From positions 31,947 through 95,946 of the forward strand of contig CAVKZJ010000004.1 in NCBI GenBank assembly GCA_963660905.1: DNA of 64,000 nucleotides, in the 5' to 3' direction. How positions within the stretch are numbered: position 1 is the stretch's first letter; every line of letters starts with the position of its first letter. The DNA comes from a bacterium (GTDB taxonomy: Bacteria; Bacillota_I; Bacilli_A; RFN20; CAG-288). Under the pieces are notes generated by a model that searched no databases, was not told the DNA's origin, and saw nothing but the letters and a program-made list of their open reading frames with translations. The translations under genes and the position numbers were made by a program. Shown here piece after piece: positions 26,928 through 36,043 of the stretch.

Positions 26928-28130
26928 TCAGAGTTTCAGCAAGCCATCGGTATCGAGTGCGATTGCATTTCCTTTGATCAACGGAGCCACAAAAGAGAGA
27001 TAGGATGGATTGATGTTGTCCATGGCCTTGTTGATATATTTCTTCGGTAAAGTGACGACTTTGTCGGAAACTTCTTCCAATTTGATTTTGGTATATTTCG
27101 GTGCATATTTGATGGAAGATTTTCTTCCTAAGGCAATCATCACGCCCGTCTCACCTTTCTTGGCAGCCTCATAAGCCTTCAAGGAAACTTCCTTGGATTC
27201 CTTGATATCGACCAAGGAAGGGAGAAACCCGCTTGAACGATTCAAGACGGAAAGTTCAATCGCACGGTTCTTGATGCCTTCCTTGTCTAAAAGACTGGCA
27301 AGATATTTTCCAACGCCACCGACCGTGACATTGTTGAATGCATCCTTTGTCCCACTGTCCGTGGCAATCAAAACGCCGTCCTTGTCACGGATGCCTTCGG
27401 AGACAACCACAAGGCAGCGTCCTTTCTTCTCATAGGTCGCCTTGACCTTTGCCAAGAAGTCCTGAACAGAGAACGGAACCTCGGGAACGAAAATATAATC
27501 TGGCTTTTGGCCTCTCTGACTGGCAAGGATGGCACTGGCCGCCACAAAGCCGGAATCTCTTCCCATCGTTTCGATGATGTTGACTCTTCCCTTCTGGTAG
27601 GTCTTATCGTCGATCGATGTTGCGATGACCGCATTGGCAACATATTTCGCTGCCGTTCCGAATCCTGGCGTATGATCACAGCCATAAAGATCATTGTCAA
27701 TCGTCTTGGGAATGCCGATGACTTTCAGGTCCATGCCATAATCCTTGGCATACATGGAGATGCGATAGGCGGTATTCATCGAGTCGTTGCCGCCGTTGAC
27801 GAAAAGATAGCGGATTTTATTCTTCTGAATGTTCTTCATCAGCTGCTTGGCAATAGGATCCGTGCTTTCAAGAGGAAGCTTTCTTCTCAAAGATCCAAAA
27901 TAGGATCCCGGACGGTAATCCAAGCAAGGCAGAACCTCCTTCTTCACCTCGACGAGTTTGTCGTTGAGAAGGCCGGTCAGTCCATAAGGGGAAACAAAGA
28001 ATTTGCCTCTTTCCTTGTCTTTCAGATAGGCATCGAACAGTCCCTGAAACGTCGCATTGATGACGGCAGTCGGACCGCCTGACTGAAAATAGCAGACATT
28101 GTTCTCACAATTCGTTCTCAAAGTTGGCAT
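26928..28130 (-). CDS. pfp: 6-phosphofructokinase, predicted pyrophosphate-dependent type
   Basis: 400 aa from the ATG at 28130 (the ORF-track start at 28136 is TTG). PFK motifs GGNDS, PKTIDNDL and MGRDSGF. The Asp in GGNDS and Lys in PKTID occupy the two positions that distinguish PPi- from ATP-dependent enzymes. Confidence 0.85.
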   Translation of the reverse strand: MPTLRTNCENNVCYFQSGGPTAVINATFQGLFDAYLKDKERGKFFVSPYGLTGLLNDKLVEVKKEVLPCLDYRPGSYFGSLRRKLPLESTDPIAKQLMKNIQKNKIRYLFVNGGNDSMNTAYRISMYAKDYGMDLKVIGIPKTIDNDLYGCDHTPGFGTAAKYVANAVIATSIDDKTYQKGRVNIIETMGRDSGFVAASAILASQRGQKPDYIFVPEVPFSVQDFLAKVKATYEKKGRCLVVVSEGIRDKDGVLIATDSGTKDAFNNVTVGGVGKYLASLLDKEGIKNRAIELSVLNRSSGFLPSLVDIKESKEVSLKAYEAAKKGETGVMIALGRKSSIKYAPKYTKIKLEEVSDKVVTLPKKYINKAMDNINPSYLSFVAPLIKGNAIALDTDGLLKL

Positions 28131-31100
28131 AATCAATTTTTTCCTTTCTTATGGCATCTTCCATATCTTTCTCTAAAGAAATCTCATCATCGAATCGATG
28201 ACGATAACGATTTCTCATTGTAAAGTAGACTAAGGCGAGGAAAGTGACAAACAATCCCATCATGGTCAGCATCATTCCGATTTTGAAATTCGGAGAGGAA
28301 TATTCCAAGACATAATGATGTTCGCCTTGCAGTCCTTCAAAGGAGATGAACCCACCCTGTGCCTTATAGGTTTTCACCTTTTCCTTCTTGCCATTCCTGT
28401 ACTCGTACAAAGACCAGCCATCAGCAACCGGGTAATTCAAAACGACAAATTTGTCTTTGGAATAATTCGTTGTGAAATCGACTTCATCATCAACACGGCT
28501 ATTGATTGTGATTTTTTCCTTTTTGAGATTGTCGATTGCTTCCTGATAGTCCTTGTTTCTCTGAACATAGAGTGTCGGAGCGCTCAGGCGAACGGGACTC
28601 TCCTTGCTGCCAGACTGAACGATTCCAAGAATCTTATAGACAGGACGGTCAGCATAATAGCCATGGGCCTGTTTGTATTCGGCATAGGAATGCTTAGCAA
28701 AGGAGATGCATTTGTCATCCTTATCGAAAAGTCTCCATTCGATGTTCTGCTGATTGAAGATGGAGATATAGCCTCCTGTTGTGGGATCGCTCGGATCCGC
28801 CTCTGAGAGAATCGGCGAGACATTTCCATAATTATCCACTGGAATGATGACAATCTTGGAATTATAGAGAAGATCGACGCTAGTTCCGATTTCATGTTCG
28901 ATAAGGGTATCCCCTGCGGTGATGGAATTGGCGGCCTCCCAGGGATGGGCTTTCGCAAAGTCACTTTCGCATCCCGTCACTTTGGCATTCGTCGGATCGC
29001 AGACGGCATATTCTCCAGAAGGAGTATTCTCGGTTGCTGGCCAGTTGGCGCTGTAGACAATCATCTTGTAGCGGGATGGATAACTCGTGTTCTCCGAATA
29101 GATCTGAATGGCTCCACCGCTGCCCTGACGATACTTGTTGACGGTTCTCTGGGCGGCACGGAAGACATTTGCCTGGCCTGATAAGGTTTTTGAAGCATTT
29201 TCGATTTCAACGTTGTGTCCATTGATGTAATAGTTTCCGGCATTGTATTTTCCCTGACTGAGGAACGTCTTGTAGTCGCTATCGGGAAGCATGGCTGCTC
29301 GAAGAAGAGGATATTCGTTCTCATCTTCATAAAGGTTGTACGTCGGCTCCTTATCTTCTGAGAATCCGCTCGAGCCGAGCCAATATTCATTGATGACCTG
29401 ATCATAGGCAAAGGCAAAATCGACGAAATTGGTATTCACATATAAGGAACGGTTGCACTTGTCCGATTTGAGATAGTCAATCAATTCGGAGGAATAATTC
29501 ACGCCGAGTTCCTTCATCTCCTCAGTGGACAGCGTCGTGACATCCTTATAGCCATAAGGGATATCATAATCACTCGCCCAGGTTTTGCTTTGGTTATATG
29601 GATACGCGCGCGGCGTGCCTAAATGAGTATAGTTCTCACGGTCATTGACATAATTTGGATCAACGCGGTCGACGATATAATATTTCGTTCCCAAGAAGGT
29701 TTCCAGATTGTATCTTCTGTTATGAACACCCATCGACCAGTTGTGATACGTATACGGGATACGGCTGCGGTCGAGGAAGTTCTGCGCCTGATAAGCATAG
29801 ACCGAATGGAAAGCACCCAGTCCCTGGTATCCTTCACGCAGGGATAGGTTGATGTTTCCACGATCCGCTGACGTATTGTAGATACGATAGTAGTCATTGT
29901 TGTTCTCATCGCTCTTGAGCATCTCGACGATTTTGCTTTCCACCGAGATATTGGAATTCTGACTGGCGGAAGAAAGCCCCTGTCCCTGAATCGTGAGATT
30001 GGCCATCACGATGATATCGATGCTCGAAAGAAGGAACATCACCTTGGAGAATTTTCTCTTATGATAGAAATGACGGAGGATGAAATAGCAGACAACGACC
30101 CAGACAAGGCTTCCTGGAATGAGAATCATCTTATAGTCCCATTCCGAAGAAGAGAAATGGCTCGGATAGAGATTGACTTCATAAATCATCAAAAAGCAGG
30201 AGACAGCCATCAAGAGCGTCGTGATGACAAAGGAAAGATCGAGATAGGTTCTTGGAATCTCTCTTCTTCTCTCAATGCTTCTTAGGTCATAGACGATCAT
30301 CCATGCAATCGGAATGATGAACCATCGAGCATAGGCGACGGTGAATCCGGAAAAAAGATAGAATCCAAGAGGAGTGAAAAGAAGAAGAAGGGTCAAAGCG
30401 ATTCCGATGAGATGGGAATACTTTCTCTGCTTAATTGAATCCACCAAGGCAACAAAGAACATCAATAAAAGAGGCGTCGTCGCATATAGGCCGGCAGCGA
30501 GATTGTCATACCAATAGACATTGAGCAGATTGGAATAGTAGCATCCGTCATAGAGGAAAAGAAAATTCAATAATGGCGTCACCTGATTATGGGCATTGCT
30601 GCTTGAGAAGGTGAATAAGGCATCCAATTTAGCCTTGAAGCCTTCCGCGGAGAAGAAATTTTCCAAATAACTCGCTGAAGAGACTCTTGGCATCTGCGTC
30701 GCCATCGAGACACCCGGAAGAAGCGTGAAGCATCCAAGAAGGACCGCCACGACAAAGCTGAGGATGCCGATTCCCAACGTATCCCAATTCTGCTGGGCAT
30801 CTCTTGTCTTGATTGTCTGGAAATAGCGGAAGATGCTATAGAAGAAAGCACCGAACATAAATTCGACAAAGAAGAAATAACTTGTCATGGCATTCAGGAA
30901 GAAGCCGACGAGGAAGATTCTCGGATCGCGATCCTTGAGGATTCTCTCAACCCCAAGGAAGACCAATGGCAGGAAAGCAACCGAATCAATAAAATGGAAC
31001 CAGAGATAGGAAAAGGAATAGGCACTGAAGCCAAAACAGAGGGCGCCGATGCCTCTTGTCTTATCCGAATAGCCAAAGGAGCCAAGATACCAGTAGAAGA

Positions 31101-31542
31101 ACATGCCGGCTATGACCATCTTGGGAACAAAACTCAATCCCTGAAGAACCAAAAGCCAATCACGTGGAAAAATCAGGCAGAGAAGAAAGAAGGGGTCGAA
31201 AAGATAATAGAAGCTATTTCCGCCGATATTGTCGATTCCCAAAAAGATGCTTCGATCCCAGGTCGGAAAATGACCGGTTCGGAAAAAGGTATGCCAGTCA
31301 TCATAGCCGTTGAAAAGGAATGTCATCTCCTGAAGAGTATAGTCCCCGCCAAGCGGAACGGTAAAAGAATTGCTGACCCAGGTATAGCCAAAGCAGGCAA
31401 TAGCGACGAGGACAAGCAAATAAAAAGTCAGCATGGCATGGGAAGGGTGGAAAAATGTGTTCTTGAGCCATTTTAGACGATTCTCGAAATATTCCCCGAT
31501 GGAATGAAGAATCTTGTTTCCTTGATAATAGACCGAGTTCAT
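28105..31542 (-). CDS. YfhO-like large polytopic membrane protein (putative glycosyltransferase)
   Basis: 1145 aa. About a dozen N-terminal TM helices (res ~35-500), a ~600-aa extracytoplasmic domain, and a single C-terminal TM (MMLTMMGLFVTFLALVYF). The call rests on this architecture typical of the YfhO family, not on a specific motif. Confidence 0.55.
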   Translation of the reverse strand: MNSVYYQGNKILHSIGEYFENRLKWLKNTFFHPSHAMLTFYLLVLVAIACFGYTWVSNSFTVPLGGDYTLQEMTFLFNGYDDWHTFFRTGHFPTWDRSIFLGIDNIGGNSFYYLFDPFFLLCLIFPRDWLLVLQGLSFVPKMVIAGMFFYWYLGSFGYSDKTRGIGALCFGFSAYSFSYLWFHFIDSVAFLPLVFLGVERILKDRDPRIFLVGFFLNAMTSYFFFVEFMFGAFFYSIFRYFQTIKTRDAQQNWDTLGIGILSFVVAVLLGCFTLLPGVSMATQMPRVSSASYLENFFSAEGFKAKLDALFTFSSSNAHNQVTPLLNFLFLYDGCYYSNLLNVYWYDNLAAGLYATTPLLLMFFVALVDSIKQRKYSHLIGIALTLLLLFTPLGFYLFSGFTVAYARWFIIPIAWMIVYDLRSIERRREIPRTYLDLSFVITTLLMAVSCFLMIYEVNLYPSHFSSSEWDYKMILIPGSLVWVVVCYFILRHFYHKRKFSKVMFLLSSIDIIVMANLTIQGQGLSSASQNSNISVESKIVEMLKSDENNNDYYRIYNTSADRGNINLSLREGYQGLGAFHSVYAYQAQNFLDRSRIPYTYHNWSMGVHNRRYNLETFLGTKYYIVDRVDPNYVNDRENYTHLGTPRAYPYNQSKTWASDYDIPYGYKDVTTLSTEEMKELGVNYSSELIDYLKSDKCNRSLYVNTNFVDFAFAYDQVINEYWLGSSGFSEDKEPTYNLYEDENEYPLLRAAMLPDSDYKTFLSQGKYNAGNYYINGHNVEIENASKTLSGQANVFRAAQRTVNKYRQGSGGAIQIYSENTSYPSRYKMIVYSANWPATENTPSGEYAVCDPTNAKVTGCESDFAKAHPWEAANSITAGDTLIEHEIGTSVDLLYNSKIVIIPVDNYGNVSPILSEADPSDPTTGGYISIFNQQNIEWRLFDKDDKCISFAKHSYAEYKQAHGYYADRPVYKILGIVQSGSKESPVRLSAPTLYVQRNKDYQEAIDNLKKEKITINSRVDDEVDFTTNYSKDKFVVLNYPVADGWSLYEYRNGKKEKVKTYKAQGGFISFEGLQGEHHYVLEYSSPNFKIGMMLTMMGLFVTFLALVYFTMRNRYRHRFDDEISLEKDMEDAIRKEKIDYANFENEL

Positions 31543-31624
31543 ATGTGATTTATCCTTATATATATGACACTATATTTAAGCACGAAAAAGAAAGATAATC
31601 TACTTAGAAACAAAATGTTTTGTA

Positions 31625-31630
31625 TATAAT
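31625..31630 (+). promoter_or_regulatory. -10 box (TATAAT) 6 nt upstream of the 31637 ATG; candidate leaderless transcript
   Basis: The sequence TGTATATAATAATCTTATG has no SD between the -10 box and the ATG. Confidence 0.4.
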
Positions 31631-31636
31631 AATCTT

Positions 31637-33031
31637 ATGCGGATATCTTCATTCATAAATCGTATCCAGCGATTCGTAGAAAGTCTCTTCTTCCCTCTTT
31701 TGATTGGCTTATTTTCCTTTCTATGCTGGGCAGTTCCCATGCAGTATGCATTTCCATTTTTGATTCTTTATGTCCTTTGCTGCATTCTTCCGCTATTCTG
31801 TCAGAACGGAAAAGGATATCTTCCTCTCTTCTTCTTCATGATCATCGTCAGCAACAGGGACATTCATTTCATGGGCGGCATTTCCCCTGTGTTCATCATC
31901 GCACTTTCTTTTGCCACCATCTCATTGATTGCATATATAATTGTTCATAAGCCAAAATTTTCATCCGGCAGCATTTTCTTTTCCTTGCTTGCCCTTTATT
32001 GCATCTTCCTTCTTTCCTTTTTTGTCGCCAGCATAAACAATACGAATACGGGAAAAACAGGCATTTTATATCTTATCGGCTTTTTCGTGCTGTTGGCATT
32101 CCATGCACTGATCAATTCCGTCATAGGCCAGGAGGAAAGTCTTCAGTATTTCTCGATGACGTATTCCATCTTTGCCGTCTATGCTGCCCTGGAGGTGTTT
32201 ATCGTTCTCCTGAAAGATTCCTCTTTGGCCTTGGCAAGCAGCAATTTTTCTCTCGGATGGTCCTACACTCGAGAAACCGTTTCCAGTTTTTTGACGTTCT
32301 CTCTTCCTTTCTTCTGCATTCTCATCCATGAGAAAAAGCCTTTCTGGATCCTGCCGATGATCTTTGTCTTCACCGCCTTGCTCTTCCTTTCGACGGATTC
32401 CGGACTTTTATCCATTCTTCTTTTTGTCATTCCGCTCGTCATTCTGACATTGAAGGACTATTCAAAATATTCGCCTTTCTTCATCATGTTCGTTCTTCTT
32501 CTGATCGGTTCTGTCTTCGGCATCCTTTTTGCTGTCAATCCAGATTTCAATCAAAGAATCGTCACAGCCGTTCAGCGACTGAATTTCGTTTCGGATTTTT
32601 CGATTGATTTCTATTCTCCTTATGTTAAAAAATTCCTATTGAACCCTCCGCTTGGCTCTTCGATCATCAGCCTTGTCAATGAAAATGGAACACTGAGCCT
32701 TGCCAATTCCACCCTTCTTTCGACAGCCATCATGGGCGGAATCATCGGACTTGTGAGTTATCTCATCTTCAAGTTCTTTCTCTATTGGAATTTTGTCCAA
32801 AAGCAGTTGGAAGGAAAAAGTTTCTATCTCATCTTCCTTTTGAATATCGAGCTGATCGGATTGATTGACAATACAATCTACAACCTAGCGATCCTAACCG
32901 TCTTCCTTTTATCCACCAGTGCCTTCTTGCAATCGAACAAACCAGATGATGTTCGAATCCATGCGGATTATTTTATGAACAAGGATCTGCCAAGAATGGA
33001 TCCGACCACTCGATTCGAAATCGAATCATGA
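31637..33031 (+). CDS. polytopic membrane protein, O-antigen ligase/polymerase (Wzy)-like
   Basis: 464 aa with 10 or more TM helices and one larger loop. It is divergent from the YfhO-like gene. The family assignment comes from topology and context only. Confidence 0.4.
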   Translation: MRISSFINRIQRFVESLFFPLLIGLFSFLCWAVPMQYAFPFLILYVLCCILPLFCQNGKGYLPLFFFMIIVSNRDIHFMGGISPVFIIALSFATISLIAYIIVHKPKFSSGSIFFSLLALYCIFLLSFFVASINNTNTGKTGILYLIGFFVLLAFHALINSVIGQEESLQYFSMTYSIFAVYAALEVFIVLLKDSSLALASSNFSLGWSYTRETVSSFLTFSLPFFCILIHEKKPFWILPMIFVFTALLFLSTDSGLLSILLFVIPLVILTLKDYSKYSPFFIMFVLLLIGSVFGILFAVNPDFNQRIVTAVQRLNFVSDFSIDFYSPYVKKFLLNPPLGSSIISLVNENGTLSLANSTLLSTAIMGGIIGLVSYLIFKFFLYWNFVQKQLEGKSFYLIFLLNIELIGLIDNTIYNLAILTVFLLSTSAFLQSNKPDDVRIHADYFMNKDLPRMDPTTRFEIES

Positions 33032-33051
33032 CAAGAAATGAGGAAACAAAA

Positions 33052-33456
33052 ATGAAAAAAGAATATAGTTATGGTGCAGTCGTCTATAAAAAGGAAAAAG
33101 GCGAAATCCATGTCTTGATTGAGCATATGGCATTAGGCCATACCTCTCTTCCGAAAGGCCATATCGAAAAAGGGGAAACACCCTATGAATGTGCTCTCAG
33201 GGAAATCAAGGAAGAAACCAATCTGGATGTGAATCTTGACACTTCCTTTTCCTATACCATCACCTATTCTCCAAAAGAAGATGTCATCAAGGATGTCACA
33301 TTCTATCTCGCCACTGTCAAGGAAGAGAACCTCATTCCTCAACTCAGCGAAGTCACTTCTTTGGAATGGATGGAAATCAAAAAGGCCATCCATGCTGTCA
33401 CCTTTCAGACAGACAAGGATACCCTATTATCGGCATATCAGCATCTGACAGCATGA
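33052..33456 (+). CDS. NUDIX hydrolase
   Basis: Nudix box GHIEKGETPYECALREIKEETNL. The ATG at 33052 has GAGGA 7 nt upstream. The ORF-track start at 33028 overlaps the upstream stop (ATGA) and is an alternative. Confidence 0.88.
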   Translation: MKKEYSYGAVVYKKEKGEIHVLIEHMALGHTSLPKGHIEKGETPYECALREIKEETNLDVNLDTSFSYTITYSPKEDVIKDVTFYLATVKEENLIPQLSEVTSLEWMEIKKAIHAVTFQTDKDTLLSAYQHLTA

Positions 33457-33884
33457 AAACAGAAAAACAGATTCATGACAACATGTCCAGAATCAAGGGA
33501 AAAGACACATCCATCGAACTTCTTTTGAGAAAGGCACTCTATCATGAAGGATATCGCTATCGGAAAAATGTAAAGACCTTGCCTGGATGTCCGGACATCG
33601 TCTTAACAAAATACAAGATTGCCATTTTCTGTGATGGCGATTTTTTTCATGGCTATGATTTCATGAAGATAAAGAAAAATCTGAAGCACAACAAGGAATA
33701 CTGGGAGAAAAAAATTTCCGACAATCAAAAACGAGACATGAAGGCTGACGAACAGCTCGTCAGCCTTCATTATCTCGTCTATCGTTTCTGGGAGCATGAA
33801 ATCAGGAATGATTTACCCAAAGTCCTTCATGAAATCGAGATGGGCATCCTTGAGCAGGAAAGAATGCTAGAGTTCAAGGAATAA
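33453..33884 (+). CDS. vsr: very-short-patch repair endonuclease
   Basis: 143 aa from the ATG at 33453, which overlaps the NUDIX stop (ATGA). NMSRIKGKDTSIELLLRKAL and CPDIVLTKYKIAIFCDGDFFHG match Vsr hallmarks. Confidence 0.88.
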   Translation: MKTEKQIHDNMSRIKGKDTSIELLLRKALYHEGYRYRKNVKTLPGCPDIVLTKYKIAIFCDGDFFHGYDFMKIKKNLKHNKEYWEKKISDNQKRDMKADEQLVSLHYLVYRFWEHEIRNDLPKVLHEIEMGILEQERMLEFKE

Positions 33885-34496
33885 CGCAAACTTGAAATCC
33901 GTATCTGCATAGATGGCATGGAGTCCGCCTTTGGCAAAGGCGAAATTATCTCCTGCCTGCAAGAAATAATCCTTTCCTTCATACGTCAATGTCGCTTTGC
34001 CATCCAAGACGAAGAGAAGTGCTTCTCCCGGGGCCTGATGCTGATCGAGTGCGCAGCCTTCCGACATGGAAATCAACGACAATTTGGATTTCTCAGAATG
34101 GAAGATGTCCAAGTTGATGATTTTCCCTTTCTGATAAGGAAGCAGTTCCTTCAACTGAAAAAGATTTCCAGGTTTTATCAATTCTGTCATTTTTGTTCTC
34201 TCCTTTGTGAATTGGAATTCGATATAAAGAATACCATCATCTGTTTCTTTTTTTGCCATCTCATCCGAATCAAGAAGAAGCACATCGCCTTGATGGACTC
34301 CCCGATTCGAAATCATGCCACGACCAGCTAGAACATAGACCAGAGTCGGGTTTGGATAGCTTTCCTTTGAGATATCCGTCTTCTTCCCCAAGGAGAAGAC
34401 TTTGGCTTCTGACGTGATCGTCATCGAAATCGTCAGTTCATCGATAGGCGGATTCTCTTTAGAAAAAGAAAAAATTTGACCTTTGATAATATTCAT
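33867..34496 (-). CDS. bicupin-domain protein
   Basis: 209 aa from the ATG at 34496 (the ORF-track start at 34544 is TTG and lies inside the upstream terminator). Two cupin beta-barrel-like halves are present (GPGEALLFVLDGKATLTYEGKDYFLQAGD and LVYVLAGRGMISNRGVHQGDVLLL, listed here as read by eye). It converges on vsr with an 18-nt 3' overlap. Confidence 0.6.
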   Translation of the reverse strand: MNIIKGQIFSFSKENPPIDELTISMTITSEAKVFSLGKKTDISKESYPNPTLVYVLAGRGMISNRGVHQGDVLLLDSDEMAKKETDDGILYIEFQFTKERTKMTELIKPGNLFQLKELLPYQKGKIINLDIFHSEKSKLSLISMSEGCALDQHQAPGEALLFVLDGKATLTYEGKDYFLQAGDNFAFAKGGLHAIYADTDFKFALFLEL

Positions 34497-34503
34497 CGCA
34501 AAG

Positions 34504-34512
34504 ATTATAACA
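34504..34512 (-). promoter_or_regulatory. extended -10 promoter (TGTTATAAT) 7 nt upstream of the bicupin ATG; candidate leaderless transcript
   Basis: Minus strand reads TTCACA-(18 nt)-TATAAT-CTTTGCG-ATG, with TG two nt before the -10 box and no SD. Confidence 0.45.
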
Positions 34513-34542
34513 AAACGAAAGGAAAATTGTGAACAAATATGC

Positions 34543-34566
34543 AAAAAAGGGCAAGCGCCCTTTTTT
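34543..34566 (-). terminator. short GC hairpin flanked by A/T runs after the ABC ATPase gene
   Basis: Plus strand reads AAAAAA-GGGC-AAGC-GCCC-TTTTTT. On the minus strand the hairpin is followed by TTTTTTGC, 10 nt after the stop at 34570. Confidence 0.5.
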
Positions 34567-34569
34567 CAA

Positions 34570-35355
34570 TCAAAGCACAGCATCAAGGAATTGTTTCGTT
34601 CTCTCTTCCTTCGGAGAAGAGAAAATCATGTCCGGAGAACCTTTTTCTGCAATCTTTCCTCCATCAAAGAAAAGAATCGTATCAGAGACATCCTTAGCGA
34701 AATTCATTTCATGGGTGACAACGACCATTGTCATTCCTGAAGAAGCCAAATTCTTCATGATAGAAAGAATTCCCTTGACCATCTCTGGATCCAAAGCGGA
34801 AGTCGGTTCATCAAAGAGGATGACATCCGGACTCATGGCGAGCGTTCTGGCAATGGCGACTCTCTGCTTTTGTCCTCCAGATAGCTTGATTGGATATTCC
34901 ATGGCCTTATTTTCCATTCCGACCTGGGCTAAAAGCATCAATGCATTTTCCTTGGCTGACTTCTCATCAAGATTTTTTAGGTCAACCAATCCCATCATCA
35001 CATTTTCCAAGATCGTTTTGTTCTGGAAAAGATTGAACGTCTGAAAGACCATTCCGACCCGCATTCGCATCGCATTGAGTTCTTTTTGTGAAATCAGGAC
35101 ATCATAGATTTCTTTCTCTTTCTTGACTTTCTTCACTCCGAAGATCTGCTTTCCTTCAAAAAAGATCTTTCCACTGGTCGGCTTCTCAAGAAGATTCAGA
35201 CAGCGCAAGACTGTGGATTTTCCACCTCCGGATGGTCCGATGATGGAATAGACTTTTCCTTTTTCGACATCAAAGGAAATATCATCCAGGACAAGAAGAC
35301 TGTCGAATGATTTCGTCAATCCTTCCACGTGGAACAAGATGTTATTTTGTGACAT
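34570..35355 (-). CDS. amino-acid ABC transporter ATP-binding protein (ArtR/GlnQ-like)
   Basis: 261 aa. Walker [10 protein letters not shown], signature LSGGQKQRV, Walker [13 protein letters not shown]-loop VVTHEM. Confidence 0.93.
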   Translation of the reverse strand: MSQNNILFHVEGLTKSFDSLLVLDDISFDVEKGKVYSIIGPSGGGKSTVLRCLNLLEKPTSGKIFFEGKQIFGVKKVKKEKEIYDVLISQKELNAMRMRVGMVFQTFNLFQNKTILENVMMGLVDLKNLDEKSAKENALMLLAQVGMENKAMEYPIKLSGGQKQRVAIARTLAMSPDVILFDEPTSALDPEMVKGILSIMKNLASSGMTMVVVTHEMNFAKDVSDTILFFDGGKIAEKGSPDMIFSSPKEERTKQFLDAVL

Positions 35356-36028
35356 AGCTATTCAACCTCTTTTCAATGAAGCGAATCAAAAGAGTCAGCA
35401 GGGTCGTGATGAAATAATAGATCAAGGCAGCGACAATCAGAGACTCAAAAACACGATAGGTGCTCGCCTTGATGGCATCGGCAACATGGGTGATATCCGC
35501 AATGCCGATTAAAGAAACAATCGAACTTTCCTTGACCAGTGTGACAAATTCATTGCCGATGGCCGGAATGATGTTGCGAAACGCCTGTGGAAAGACAACA
35601 TGTCTCATGGAATAGAATTTCGAAAAGCCCAAAGAACGGCAGGCTTCCATCTGTCCTGGATCGACAGAGGAGATGCCTGAACGGAAAATCTCTGCCACGT
35701 AGGCCGAGGAATTCAAGGAAAGTGCAATCAATCCCGCTGTATAGGCACTGACGTTCCATCCCAAAAGGAGCGGAACGCCATAGAAGAATAGATAGAGTTG
35801 AATCAAGGAAGGAGTGCCACGGAATATGGAAATGTAAAATGCAGACAAAGATCTCAGCCATTTTTTATCAGAGATTCGTCCAAGATTGATGACAAATCCG
35901 ATCAAGGTTCCCAAAATGACCGTAAATACCGAAAAGCTCAATGTGACCAGAGAACCCTTCACGAATCTGGAAAACTGATCAAAGACTGGCTTGAAATCCA
36001 GGTTATAGGCAAGGACATGCATAAGCAT
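35342..36028 (-). CDS. amino-acid ABC transporter permease (His/Glu/Gln/Arg/opine family)
   Basis: 228 aa, 5 TM. EAA-type loop [34 protein letters not shown]. Confidence 0.9.
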   Translation of the reverse strand: MLMHVLAYNLDFKPVFDQFSRFVKGSLVTLSFSVFTVILGTLIGFVINLGRISDKKWLRSLSAFYISIFRGTPSLIQLYLFFYGVPLLLGWNVSAYTAGLIALSLNSSAYVAEIFRSGISSVDPGQMEACRSLGFSKFYSMRHVVFPQAFRNIIPAIGNEFVTLVKESSIVSLIGIADITHVADAIKASTYRVFESLIVAALIYYFITTLLTLLIRFIEKRLNSYVTK

Positions 36029-36043
36029 TCTCTTCTTAAAAGA

